In this document: one piece after another, positions 45,533-55,269 of the stretch
Position numbering within the stretch: the stretch's first letter is position 1
How the letters are laid out: each line of letters starts with the position of its first letter
IMG/VR virus record: IMGVR_UViG_3300022660_000050
DNA from: a virus
Lineage: Duplodnaviria > Heunggongvirae > Uroviricota > Caudoviricetes
DNA: 64,000 nucleotides
Reading direction: 5' to 3' (one strand)
Notes under the pieces: model-generated
Database searches by the model: none
Told to the model about the DNA's origin: nothing
The model's input: the letters and a program-made list of their open reading frames with translations, nothing else
Program-made: the position numbers and the translations under genes

Positions 45533-47401
45533 ATGAATAGTTTATTTGGTGGCTTTGACTTATCTGTTAGTGCAAAGCCAAAAGTATCACCTGAAGCTCT
45601 TATTAAAAAAGCAACACCAACTGTTGTGGCAGAGCCTAAGAAGATAACTAACCAGAGCTTATTTGCCTCTGAAGAATTATCTGAATTTAATGTAGAACTT
45701 AATAAGCCTAAGCCTGAAGCCTTGGCTCGTAAGATTGCTAATACCGAAGAAGGCGAAGTAGACGCAGCTAAGGTACTTAAGTCTAAGAAGGTCTCTCTTG
45801 CTGAAAAGCTCGCCTTAATTAAAATTAAGGTACTTGAAGTACTCGGCAAGCAGAAAAAGAACGTTATTGTTATTAAGGACAAGGCGACTTTTGAAGACTA
45901 TATTTCTAAGGCTATCGAGTTCGGTCGAATTGCAATAGATACTGAGACCAATAACTCTACTGACCCCATGACTTGTCAGTTAATGGGTCTTTGTTTGTAT
46001 TATGAGGGCGGCAAGCAGGCTTATATTCCTATCAATCATGTTAATCCTGAAACGGGCGAACATCTTGACTGGCAGCTTACTGAGGCAGACTGCAGAGAGC
46101 AGCTTCAGAGAATTAAAGATGCCGGCACTTTTGTTGTAATGCATAATGGTAAGTTCGATTATGAAGTTATTAAGTGTACTTGTGGTATTGAAATTGAGCC
46201 TGACTGGGATACTATGATTGGCGCCCATACTATCAATGAAAACGAAAAGATGAGCTTGAAGTGGCAGTACATTAATAAGATTGACCCTACTCAGGAAAAG
46301 TATGATATCGAAAGCTTGTTCATCGTTCCTTATAAGTATGTAGAACCAGATATTTTCGCTCTCTACGCCGCAACTGACTCAATGATGACTGATAAACTTT
46401 ATGTATATCAGGTAGCTATTTTAGAAGCACCTGGCAACGAAAGACTTTATTGGATGTTTAAGACTATCGAAATGCCGATTGTAAAAGTTGCAGGCGATAT
46501 GGAGCTTATTGGTGTTTGTATTGACCAGGAATTTGGCGAAAGACTTCGTCTTAAGTTTAATCAAAATTTGGAAGATATTGACGTAAGAATTGAGCAAGAA
46601 CTTGAGGCTCTCAAGCCTACTATTACAAAGTGGAAGAGCAGCAAGGATGCTACTGATAGAACTAAGCAGTTTGAACCTAAGAAGACAACTCTCTCACTTG
46701 CGAAACTTGAAGAGAAGTATCCTTATGTAGACGAAAAGACAGGTAAGAGATATAAGGTAGGCAAGTCTAAGATTGAGCAGCTTGCCGATCCTATCAACCT
46801 TGCATCGCCTACCCAGCTTGCTATCCTATTTTATGATATTCTGAAGTGTCCTACGGTAAGCAAAAAATCGCCCAGAGGAACCGGAAAAGATGAGCTTGAG
46901 GCTTTAGCTGAGAGAACTGATATCGCGCTCTGTAAGCTAATTTTGGAGCGTCGTGGCGTGGTTAAACTTATCTCTACTTATATTGACGTTCTGCCTGCTC
47001 TTGCACGCCATTGGCCTGATGGACGTATTCGTTATAAGCTTAATTCTGTTGGTACTGACACAGGCCGTTTCTCTTCTGGTGGTGAATTTAAGTTCCTTGA
47101 CGGTGATGAGCCTGTGGAAATTTCTGGATTTAACAGTCAGAATATTCCTTCAAGAGGTGACGGTAAAATTACTCGACTTCTGTTTGAAGCTAAGAAAGAA
47201 TTTGCTGATATTGAAGTTGAGGTAGACCGTTTTACAGTACATGAAACAGCAGAGATTGAAACTGTTGACGGTTGGAAATATGGTAAAGACCTTGTAGCAC
47301 TCAAAGACTATGTACTTACTGATGTAGGACCTGTTCTTATTGAAATGGTTAATTACAATGTTTTAAAGAAAGAATACGAATTTATTGTGAGGAAGCATTA
47401 A
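45533..47401 (+). CDS. polA: family A DNA polymerase, N-terminal part (3'-5' exonuclease, thumb)
   Basis: IAIDTET, HNGKFD, YAATDS, NLASPTQL, GTDTGRFSS, NSQNIP. Confidence 0.9.
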   Translation: MNSLFGGFDLSVSAKPKVSPEALIKKATPTVVAEPKKITNQSLFASEELSEFNVELNKPKPEALARKIANTEEGEVDAAKVLKSKKVSLAEKLALIKIKVLEVLGKQKKNVIVIKDKATFEDYISKAIEFGRIAIDTETNNSTDPMTCQLMGLCLYYEGGKQAYIPINHVNPETGEHLDWQLTEADCREQLQRIKDAGTFVVMHNGKFDYEVIKCTCGIEIEPDWDTMIGAHTINENEKMSLKWQYINKIDPTQEKYDIESLFIVPYKYVEPDIFALYAATDSMMTDKLYVYQVAILEAPGNERLYWMFKTIEMPIVKVAGDMELIGVCIDQEFGERLRLKFNQNLEDIDVRIEQELEALKPTITKWKSSKDATDRTKQFEPKKTTLSLAKLEEKYPYVDEKTGKRYKVGKSKIEQLADPINLASPTQLAILFYDILKCPTVSKKSPRGTGKDELEALAERTDIALCKLILERRGVVKLISTYIDVLPALARHWPDGRIRYKLNSVGTDTGRFSSGGEFKFLDGDEPVEISGFNSQNIPSRGDGKITRLLFEAKKEFADIEVEVDRFTVHETAEIETVDGWKYGKDLVALKDYVLTDVGPVLIEMVNYNVLKKEYEFIVRKH

Positions 47402-48552
47402 TGAAAGTAAAAACAAGAACTCAATATAAACTCGTCGGGTCGGACTATAGTGCGCAAGAACCCCGTATAACAACCTTCCTTAGTGGTGACCCCGCAATGA
47501 GAGCAGCTTATCTTGAAGGTAAGGACCTCTATTGCGTTATTGCTTCTAATATTTATAATAACAAGTATGAGGATAATCTTGAGCATTATCCTGAAGGCAC
47601 CGTTCTCGAGCTTGACGGAAATAAGACCGTATGCGGTTATAAGACTCACTTGAACAAAGAAGGTAAGGAAAGACGTTCTGTAGCGAAGATGGTACTTCTC
47701 GCCCTTACTTACGGAATGGGTCCGTCGACACTTGCAAAACGTATTAATAAAACAAATCAGGAAGCACAAGAGATTTTTGATAACTTCTTCAAGAGCTTCC
47801 CGAAAGTTGAAGAGCTTATTAATAGCTCGAAAGAATTCTTGAGAACTCACGGTTATGTAGAAGATTGGGCCGGCAGAAGACGTCATTTGACTGACTACTT
47901 CCTTAATCCTTATGAAGCTTCTTATATGGATCCTGACAAACTGATTGCTCAGACTTTTAATCCTATTCTTGGTTGTGAAAGCCGCCCACTTGTAGATGAT
48001 AAGCTCACTTCTTGGATAAATAGAGCTAAGACAACTAAGAATAATAAAGAATTTGATGAGCTTGCTAAGCTGGCTGCAAAAGAAGGAATTATTCTGTCTG
48101 CCAATACCGGTAGAATTGCTCAGGCAGAAAGACAGTGCCTTAATGCAAGAATTCAGGGATCTGCAGCTTCACTTACTAAGCTTGCAATGATTCAGATTCA
48201 TAATAGTCAGGAACTTAAAGATATTGATGCAAAGCTTGTTATGACTATTCACGATGAAGTTATGTTGGAGTGCCCTGCCTTGTATGCAGAACAGGCTTCT
48301 GAAATTCTTCCTAGAATTATGATTGATGCTGCTGCCCCTTATATTGATGTGCCTATGAAATGTGACCCTGCCATTGAGTCTCGTTGGTATACTTCTGAGT
48401 ATGCTGTAGCAGTTCAGTCTGAGTTTAAGAAGCTAACTGATAAAGGGCTTGGTAGAGATGAAGCATTTAAGAAGCTTTATGCAAAGCACCCTGAGCTTCC
48501 TGAAGAAGCTATTTATAAAACTATCACTGAAGGCATTGATCTTGAGTTTTAA
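47401..48552 (+). CDS. polA: family A DNA polymerase, C-terminal part (palm/fingers)
   Basis: Motif A DYSAQEPR, motif B RSVAKMVLLALTYG, NARIQGSAA, motif C IHDE; GAGG RBS and TAATG coupling. Confidence 0.92.
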   Translation: MKVKTRTQYKLVGSDYSAQEPRITTFLSGDPAMRAAYLEGKDLYCVIASNIYNNKYEDNLEHYPEGTVLELDGNKTVCGYKTHLNKEGKERRSVAKMVLLALTYGMGPSTLAKRINKTNQEAQEIFDNFFKSFPKVEELINSSKEFLRTHGYVEDWAGRRRHLTDYFLNPYEASYMDPDKLIAQTFNPILGCESRPLVDDKLTSWINRAKTTKNNKEFDELAKLAAKEGIILSANTGRIAQAERQCLNARIQGSAASLTKLAMIQIHNSQELKDIDAKLVMTIHDEVMLECPALYAEQASEILPRIMIDAAAPYIDVPMKCDPAIESRWYTSEYAVAVQSEFKKLTDKGLGRDEAFKKLYAKHPELPEEAIYKTITEGIDLEF

Positions 48553-48554
48553 TC

Positions 48555-48564
48555 TGCTAAATTA
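48555..48564 (+). promoter_or_regulatory. class-B motif
   Basis: TGCTAAATTA 32 nt before ATG 48596. Confidence 0.55.
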
Positions 48565-48595
48565 TAATGATTAATATTCAATATTGGAGATTATT

Positions 48596-49660
48596 ATGAT
48601 TAAAACAGAATTTATGGAGCTTTATGAAGAGCTTAGTGAGATAAACGGAGATTCATTATCTATAGAAGGTGTTTCTTCGCCAGAAGAGTTAATGGACTGG
48701 ATGAATGAAAACATTACTTATGAACTTGTAGATGATGAGTATTCTAACAGTAACGGAGTTCCTACTAAAACAGCAGAAGAAGTTTTAAAAACTGGCACTG
48801 GACATTGCGCTGAACAGTCCTATCTCGAAAAAGAAGTTCTTGAGGACCTTGGCTATGAGACTTTCTTAGTAATGGTTAAAGAGAATAATTCTAAAAAAGA
48901 ATACGGTGCTGAGGGTTCTGCTCATGTGTTTTTAGTTTATAAAGAAGGTAAAAATTACTGCTGGTTTGAGCATTCAATGCAGCATGCCAGAGGTATTCAT
49001 AAATATACTTCCTTAGAAGCACTTCTTCAGGACGTTGCTAATCAGTGGTGGCGCTATGATAAAAATTCAGATATTCTTGAAGTAAGAATGATGGATAAAG
49101 TTATCACAGGCGTTGATAACTGGGGACTTGCTAAAGAATGTTATAAACTTCCTGTAAAATATACTTTTGATATTTCTAATAATATTATGGAGTCTGATGT
49201 TCCGCTTGAAGAGTCTGTAAATAGCAATTCTCAAATTGATTATCTTCCGGTTTCAGATATAGAGCTTTTTAAAGAATATGCTGACGATATCTTAGACGGA
49301 TATGGAAATATGTCTGATGCAGATATTAAAAGCTCTATTAAAGAAATTCATTCTGAAGGAAAGCTTGCTGGCTATATCGGTTTTTCTGAATATGAGGAAA
49401 ACGGAAGTAAGTGTCTCGGCATCGGCAATTTTATGATTATCGAGCGCGGTAAAGGTCTTGGCTCAGCAGTAATTCAAAATATTGTAGAAAAGTACAAAAA
49501 TCAATATGACCTTATTTATTGCTTTGTAGATGCTAAAAATGACGGTGCTATCAGACTTTACAAAAAACTTGGAAAAGTTTATGACGAAGACGGCCCGAAT
49601 GACAACGGTGAGTACTACGTAACTTTCTGGGACAATGGTAAATGGGAACTTGACAATTAA
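48596..49660 (+). CDS. two-domain protein: transglutaminase/papain-like domain plus GNAT acetyltransferase
   Basis: GTGHCAEQS (Cys), AHVFLV (His), WFE; C-terminal ERGKGLGSAV acetyl-CoA motif and NDGAIRLYKKLG. Confidence 0.7.
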   Translation: MIKTEFMELYEELSEINGDSLSIEGVSSPEELMDWMNENITYELVDDEYSNSNGVPTKTAEEVLKTGTGHCAEQSYLEKEVLEDLGYETFLVMVKENNSKKEYGAEGSAHVFLVYKEGKNYCWFEHSMQHARGIHKYTSLEALLQDVANQWWRYDKNSDILEVRMMDKVITGVDNWGLAKECYKLPVKYTFDISNNIMESDVPLEESVNSNSQIDYLPVSDIELFKEYADDILDGYGNMSDADIKSSIKEIHSEGKLAGYIGFSEYEENGSKCLGIGNFMIIERGKGLGSAVIQNIVEKYKNQYDLIYCFVDAKNDGAIRLYKKLGKVYDEDGPNDNGEYYVTFWDNGKWELDN

Positions 49661-49673
49661 ATAAACCTTTTTT

Positions 49674-49720
49674 AAAGACGAGTTAATAAAATAGCTCGTC
49701 TTTTATTGTATTATATAGTA
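49674..49720 (+). promoter_or_regulatory. fused terminator plus class-A promoter cassette
   Basis: AAAGACGAG/CTCGTCTTT-T then ATTGTATTATATAGTA. Confidence 0.72.
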
Positions 49721-49750
49721 TGTAAAAATAAAATAAGGAGAAACTATAAA

Positions 49751-50890
49751 ATGATTTTAAAGACAAAGAATTTCCAGGAAGCAGCTAATAAGATTCTTTT
49801 GGCAGTTGGAGTAGATAAGGCAGCAGCAAATCTTGAGCTTGCAGCTAAGGATACTGCACTCTATCTTAGAGTTACCAACAGAGAGTGGTATACGGCAATC
49901 AAGTTTGACCTTGAGAATCCCACTGAATTCCGTGCAGTAGTAGATGCAAACCTCTTCCTTAATCTTATTTCAGGTATCAGCACTGAAGAATTTGAACTTG
50001 AGATTAAGGACACTGTTGTTGTAGTAAAGGCAGGCAGAAGCTCTTATAAGCTCGCTATGATTTATGAAAATGATCAGCTCATGAAGCTTCCTATCATTAA
50101 GCTTGACCCTGAGCAGATCACTGTTAGTATGAATATTTCTAATGATATTCTTATGAGCATCCTCAATGTAAACAGCCGCGAGGTCCAGAAGGCTAAGAAG
50201 GTTGAAGTAAACGAGCTTCAGCGTTATTATTACATTGATGAGACTGGTTGCTTTACTTTTACTACCGGTGCTTGTATCAATGCTTTCACCCTTGAAAAGC
50301 CTATCAAGCTTCTTCTTACTGATAAGGTAGTAAAGCTCTTTAAGCTCTTTGGCTCTGATGCTTTCCTGTCTTACGGCCATATCGTAAACACTGATAGCTC
50401 TCTTCAGCCTATCGTTGTCTTCCAGACCGAGGACGTTTACGTAGCAACTAGACTTCTTAGCGATGAAACTTGTATTCAGAAGGTTAAAGCACCTTGTGAT
50501 GCAATGAAGGCGCTTGCTAAGGAAGTTTATGAGCACAATCTCGTACTTTCCGCTACTGACCTTTCTGCAGCAATCAGCAGACTTCTTATGTTCCATAAGA
50601 ATAGCAGCGCAAAGGCAGACCTTTCTTTCGTTCCTGCTTCTGTAGATTTTTCTAATACTGAGCTTACTATCTCCGACCTTTCTGGTGATAATAAGGAAGT
50701 TATTACTATCGAAAACGGTAGCTCGACTCCCGGCGGTTATTCCATGGGCGTAAACCTCATTGACCTTAAGGCAGTTCTTGATTCTTGTAAGAATGAACAT
50801 ATTACTGTAAACTGCGGCAACCACAAGTCTATTATTGTCTGCCGTGCTAACATTAGTAATGTTATTGCTGAGACGAGGACTAAGGAATAA
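49751..50890 (+). CDS. dnaN: sliding clamp (beta/DnaN-like)
   Basis: 379 aa three-domain size, LSAAISRL and MGVNLIDLKAVLD patterns, clamp-loader genes nearby; start 49751 after AAGGAG. Confidence 0.7.
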   Translation: MILKTKNFQEAANKILLAVGVDKAAANLELAAKDTALYLRVTNREWYTAIKFDLENPTEFRAVVDANLFLNLISGISTEEFELEIKDTVVVVKAGRSSYKLAMIYENDQLMKLPIIKLDPEQITVSMNISNDILMSILNVNSREVQKAKKVEVNELQRYYYIDETGCFTFTTGACINAFTLEKPIKLLLTDKVVKLFKLFGSDAFLSYGHIVNTDSSLQPIVVFQTEDVYVATRLLSDETCIQKVKAPCDAMKALAKEVYEHNLVLSATDLSAAISRLLMFHKNSSAKADLSFVPASVDFSNTELTISDLSGDNKEVITIENGSSTPGGYSMGVNLIDLKAVLDSCKNEHITVNCGNHKSIIVCRANISNVIAETRTKE

Positions 50891-51384
50891 TGGCAAATAC
50901 GGATATTGGAAAAAAGTTTGAGGACCGCTTTAAAAAAGACTATCAAAACTGCTTTCCAGGTACCCTGATCTACCGCCTGCCAGACCAGCAAAGTGGTTAT
51001 GCAGGCGGAGGCTCTTCCAACCCTTGTGACTTTATGTGTTATCCAGGAAGTTGTGTTTTAATGGTTGAATGTAAGGCTCATAAAGGCGCTTCTATCAGCT
51101 TTAATGATATCAGGCAGTATGATAAGATGCTTGATTTTAAAGGCCTCCATAAGACGTTTCCGGGCGTCGTGGTGTGGTTCTATGAGAAGGATATTGTCAT
51201 CTGGGTGTCTATTGAAGAAATGGAAAAGATGAGGCTTGACGGCGAAAAGAGTATTGGTCTGAGAATGATTGACGACAAAAAGCCTTATAAAAAATCGTAT
51301 AATATTATAACGCTTCCTTCAAAGAAACTTAGAACTTTTATGGAAACTGATTATAATTATTTAGTGGAGGTTTTGAATGGCTAA
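50890..51384 (+). CDS. recU: RecU-like Holliday junction resolvase
   Basis: GKKFE, NPCDF, VECK. Confidence 0.72.
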   Translation: MANTDIGKKFEDRFKKDYQNCFPGTLIYRLPDQQSGYAGGGSSNPCDFMCYPGSCVLMVECKAHKGASISFNDIRQYDKMLDFKGLHKTFPGVVVWFYEKDIVIWVSIEEMEKMRLDGEKSIGLRMIDDKKPYKKSYNIITLPSKKLRTFMETDYNYLVEVLNG

Positions 51385-51865
51385 AGATTTAAATAAAGCT
51401 CTCGAAGCAGTTGAGCTTACTTACGGTCAGATTAAAGAAATTGCTGACAGTATGCTAGCTGGGCCTTTTGAAGAGCCTAATAGAATTGTAGAAATGATTC
51501 AATATAATATTGAGTCTATGTCTATTGAAATGCTTAGAGATTCTATCCTGAGACTTCAGCTTGCAGTTTATTCTTTGAGTGAGCTTAGAGATAGATCTGG
51601 TATTAAAGCAGTTTGTGCTGAAGCAATTAAGAAAGAGGCTTATGCTTCTTCGTATGTATTGCAGGAAGGAACTGCTGGAGTAAAGGACTCTAACACTACT
51701 CTTGCTATTTCAGAAAATATCGTTGCTCAGTGTCTCTATGATCTCGTAGCAAGTTTGGTTAAAACTAAGGTTGATATGTGCCTCAGGCTTATTGATTCGC
51801 TCAAGAGCATTTTGATGAGCCGTATGCAGGAAGCTAAGATTAGTGCCACAAGTATGGCAGATTAA
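51377..51865 (+). CDS. helical protein, possible UvsY-like recombination mediator
   Basis: All-helical 162 aa directly upstream of recA. Confidence 0.4.
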   Translation: MAKDLNKALEAVELTYGQIKEIADSMLAGPFEEPNRIVEMIQYNIESMSIEMLRDSILRLQLAVYSLSELRDRSGIKAVCAEAIKKEAYASSYVLQEGTAGVKDSNTTLAISENIVAQCLYDLVASLVKTKVDMCLRLIDSLKSILMSRMQEAKISATSMAD

Positions 51866-51878
51866 GAAAGGATAAAAT

Positions 51879-53078
51879 ATGGCTAAAGATACAGAAAAGA
51901 AGTCATTTACAATGGCGGATTTTGCCCGCAAAATTAATAAGGAGTATAATAACAACAATCTTGTTATTAAGTCTGATGTAGTACCGGTTTATAAGAGACT
52001 TTCGTCAGGTATGATGGGAATGGATTATCCTCTTTACGGAGGACTTCCCTATGGTAGAATGATGGTTTATGCAGGCCTCGAGCACTCTGGTAAGACTACG
52101 GCAGCCTGTGCAGAGCTTGCTGCATATCAGCGTGAGAATCCTGATAAGATTTGTGTTTATATTGACGTCGAACACTCTCTCGATCTTCAGTTCCAGGCAC
52201 TCATGAATGGAATTGACCTTGAGCGTTTGTACTACATCAGCCCTGAAGGCATGTCAGGCGAGCAGATTCTTGAGATGATTCTTGAACTTGAGGATACAGA
52301 TGATATTGGCCTTATTGTTCTTGACTCTATTCCCGCTCTCGTTCCGCAGTCTATTATGGAGAATGAGTTCACAAAGGACATGGGTATGCGCGGCAATATG
52401 GCTAAGGGCCTTCATAAGTTCTGCCCCACTATGTGTGATAAGCTCGCTCGTAACGGTAATATCATGATTATGATTAACCAGGTTCGTGTGGCTGGTACTA
52501 CTTTTACTGGTGCTGCAATCTATAAGGAGCCCGGCGGAGACGCACCTCGTTATTATGCTTCTGTAAAGGTTCGTTTTGGTAAGAGAGTATTTATGAAGGA
52601 CGGAGACGAGATCAAGGGTGACGACGGTGAAGGTGCAGACGGATTCAGACTTAAGTTTAAGATCACTAAGAATAAGACTTGCGCTTGCAACCGTGGTGGT
52701 GGATTTATTACCTATAAGTACGAGACCGGAGCAGATACAGTAAACGACCTTATTGATGTTGCTCTTCAGTTTGACTTTATTAAGAGAATTAATAATGTTA
52801 CTTATGCTCTCGTAAATCTTTCTACTGGCGAAGTAATTACCGACTCCGAAACCGGTGAAACTCTTCAGGGCAAGAAAGCTTATTTGATTGAGTATCTTCA
52901 CACTCATCCTACTTTCAGAGAAAAGTATCTTATGATGATTAAAGAATTTATTTCTGCTTCTAACGATAAATCCGTACTTGATAAAGAAGCTCTCAAGGCT
53001 ATTGAGGCCGAGGAAGATGCTATCGAGAGACCTCAGGAAGATGAAGCTAAGAGAAAGATTCTTCTCGAGGACGCCTAA
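51879..53078 (+). CDS. recA: RecA recombinase
   Basis: GLEHSGKTT, YIDVEH, VLDSI, INQVR, PGGDAPRYYASVKV, KNK. Confidence 0.94.
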   Translation: MAKDTEKKSFTMADFARKINKEYNNNNLVIKSDVVPVYKRLSSGMMGMDYPLYGGLPYGRMMVYAGLEHSGKTTAACAELAAYQRENPDKICVYIDVEHSLDLQFQALMNGIDLERLYYISPEGMSGEQILEMILELEDTDDIGLIVLDSIPALVPQSIMENEFTKDMGMRGNMAKGLHKFCPTMCDKLARNGNIMIMINQVRVAGTTFTGAAIYKEPGGDAPRYYASVKVRFGKRVFMKDGDEIKGDDGEGADGFRLKFKITKNKTCACNRGGGFITYKYETGADTVNDLIDVALQFDFIKRINNVTYALVNLSTGEVITDSETGETLQGKKAYLIEYLHTHPTFREKYLMMIKEFISASNDKSVLDKEALKAIEAEEDAIERPQEDEAKRKILLEDA

Positions 53079-53470
53079 TGATTATTGGAACTGCAAAACG
53101 AGCTAAGGAAGGGGCCAAACCTCTTCCTACTCGTCATTACTCAAAGAAACAGGAAACCGCTGTATCACAGGCAGTTGGTGGAAAGGTTCAGAAGAATTCA
53201 GGTGCTACAGCTTTTGATAAAGGTGATGTTGTAGTTTCAGGAAAAAATGGCTTTCTTCTTGAATGTAAAACAAAGACTTCTGCCTCAGAGTCTATTTCTA
53301 TTAAGAAAGAATGGTTTGAGAAAAATCGTCAAGAATGTCTGCTTACAGGTACGCCGCATCAGGCGGTAGTTTTTAACTTTGGCCCCGACGAAGAAAATCA
53401 TTATATTATTGATGAGTATCTATTTCAATTCTTAAAAGATAAATTAGATGAGCTGGAGGAAACGATATAA
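53078..53470 (+). CDS. PD-(D/E)xK nuclease, Holliday junction resolvase-like
   Basis: QE..V, SGAT.FDKGDV, LLECKTK. Confidence 0.72.
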   Translation: MIIGTAKRAKEGAKPLPTRHYSKKQETAVSQAVGGKVQKNSGATAFDKGDVVVSGKNGFLLECKTKTSASESISIKKEWFEKNRQECLLTGTPHQAVVFNFGPDEENHYIIDEYLFQFLKDKLDELEETI

Positions 53471-53471
53471 T

Positions 53472-53675
53472 ATGGACGCTAAAGATTATAGAATTATTAT
53501 GACTCTTGCATCAAACCTTGCGCAGCCTGTTATTTGCAACGGCAAAACAATTTATGAGTTAAATCTTGCTCAGTTTATTAATGCTATTGATAATATCTAC
53601 CCAGATCTTTGGATTCCAGTGGCGCGCAATGGTATTGTATTAAATCCAAAAGCTGAAAGCTCGGAGGAAGAATGA
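53472..53675 (+). CDS. hypothetical protein
   Basis: GGAGG RBS before ATG 53472. Confidence 0.55.
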   Translation: MDAKDYRIIMTLASNLAQPVICNGKTIYELNLAQFINAIDNIYPDLWIPVARNGIVLNPKAESSEEE

Positions 53676-54037
53676 TTAGACCGATTATAAAAGAACAACT
53701 TGAAAAATGTCAGTTTGCTGACTTAAATAACTTTGATCCAAGTACAAATACTTTTTATATTAAAAAATACTCTAAGCCTACATATGAGATTAATCATTGT
53801 TATTTAGTTAAGCTTCCTTTGAATATTGTTAATGCCACTGATTCTGTTTTAGCTGTTAACTGGAATAACGGAACTTGTCCTAAAACTCAATATCTTAAAA
53901 TCTATATTTCTAAAGCCCTCGGCACTATGATTTATGTAGATAGTATTGGTTTTGATTTTGATACTAAACAGGATCTTAGTATGATGTGGTCGGGCTGGCT
54001 TGATAGCGCGCAGTTAACTCAGATTTCTGCTTTATAA
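53672..54037 (+). CDS. hypothetical protein
   Basis: ATGA overlap coupling. Confidence 0.65.
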   Translation: MIRPIIKEQLEKCQFADLNNFDPSTNTFYIKKYSKPTYEINHCYLVKLPLNIVNATDSVLAVNWNNGTCPKTQYLKIYISKALGTMIYVDSIGFDFDTKQDLSMMWSGWLDSAQLTQISAL

Positions 54038-54092
54038 CATAAAAACTTTAACGAAAAGTGAGCTTACAAAGTTTACTTTTCGTTATTTTTTT

Positions 54093-54102
54093 TGCTAAAT
54101 TA
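54093..54102 (+). promoter_or_regulatory. class-B motif
   Basis: TGCTAAATTA 32 nt before ATG 54134. Confidence 0.55.
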
Positions 54103-54133
54103 TTTAGATACTAAGAATAACTTAGGAGATTTT

Positions 54134-55237
54134 ATGAATTTTTTAAATGCTTATAATACCTTAAGTAACCTACTAGAAGCAGAAGCAGTCCAGCAGTCTA
54201 ACACAAAGTCAGCTAAAATAAAGTATTATTATAATATTGACTATAAAGTACCTTTTTATTGGAATGAAGCTGGCTATGGGCATCCTTGGTTTGAATTTGA
54301 AGGACAGACTAACACTAACTATAGAACAAATGTATATAACGAAGTTCCTGGAATCTATTTAATTGTTAATAAAATTACTTATCAAGCCTATGTCGGTAAA
54401 GCTGTAAACTTAGCAAATAGACTGTACTGTCATACACGACTCCGACAAAAGAATGATAGTGTATTTTTACATCTATCTATGAAACATCATGGGCTTGGTG
54501 CTTTTAAATGGACGGTTTTAGAAGTCATGCCAGAAGACATTTTAGCTTCCTGTGATGAAAATAAGGTTAAAAATTGGTTTATTGAAAAAGAACGATATTA
54601 TATTAATAAGCTTAAAACTTATCTGCAAGTTGAACACTATAATTTAACGCCAGGTGGGGAGAATCCTCCAGTATATTTTAAATACCAAAATAACTTAATT
54701 AAGCAAGTCCAGCAATATATTGACGAGCACCCATTTGAGTCATGTTCTACCGTAGCTAAGCAGTTTCCTGATCTTAGTGGTTCAAAAGTAGTAGCTGATA
54801 TAAATAATGGACTTGGACGATTTGGCAGAGTTAAGTACCGTCCAGATTTAACTTTCCCAATTAGGGATATGGGAAGCACTGCTGCAATGCGTGGACCAAA
54901 AGTAGTTGGTGCAAAATTAAATACTACTAAAACCGCTTTTTCACAAAAGTTATCTAGATATCCATGGTATTTTATTAAGACAACTAAAACAGAATCAGGT
55001 AAGTATGCGTTTGAAAGACTTGATAAATCACCAGATAAAAATTTTGTGCAAAGTCTTGCTAGCTTAGAGCTTGACTTTACAAACAATAATGATTTAAGTA
55101 AAGTTGTCCCGTATTTAACAGATAATAGATATTCGCACTATTATCCAAAACAAGGTTTTTATTTAACTAAGATTAAGCTAACCGATAAAGACTTTGACTG
55201 GTGGGCCGATCAATATTCTGCCAGAAATAATAAATAA
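54134..55237 (+). CDS. GIY-YIG endonuclease
   Basis: PGIYLIVN...AYVGKA.NL..RL..H, EKERYYI, HYNLTPGG. Confidence 0.88.
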   Translation: MNFLNAYNTLSNLLEAEAVQQSNTKSAKIKYYYNIDYKVPFYWNEAGYGHPWFEFEGQTNTNYRTNVYNEVPGIYLIVNKITYQAYVGKAVNLANRLYCHTRLRQKNDSVFLHLSMKHHGLGAFKWTVLEVMPEDILASCDENKVKNWFIEKERYYINKLKTYLQVEHYNLTPGGENPPVYFKYQNNLIKQVQQYIDEHPFESCSTVAKQFPDLSGSKVVADINNGLGRFGRVKYRPDLTFPIRDMGSTAAMRGPKVVGAKLNTTKTAFSQKLSRYPWYFIKTTKTESGKYAFERLDKSPDKNFVQSLASLELDFTNNNDLSKVVPYLTDNRYSHYYPKQGFYLTKIKLTDKDFDWWADQYSARNNK

Positions 55238-55269
55238 AATTTTTTAATTTAGAAAAGGAATACATTATT

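Noticed and set aside
47195-47425. Group I intron in the polymerase
   Set aside because: Insert reads as open coding sequence with normal codon usage and an RBS; no P7-type core seen.
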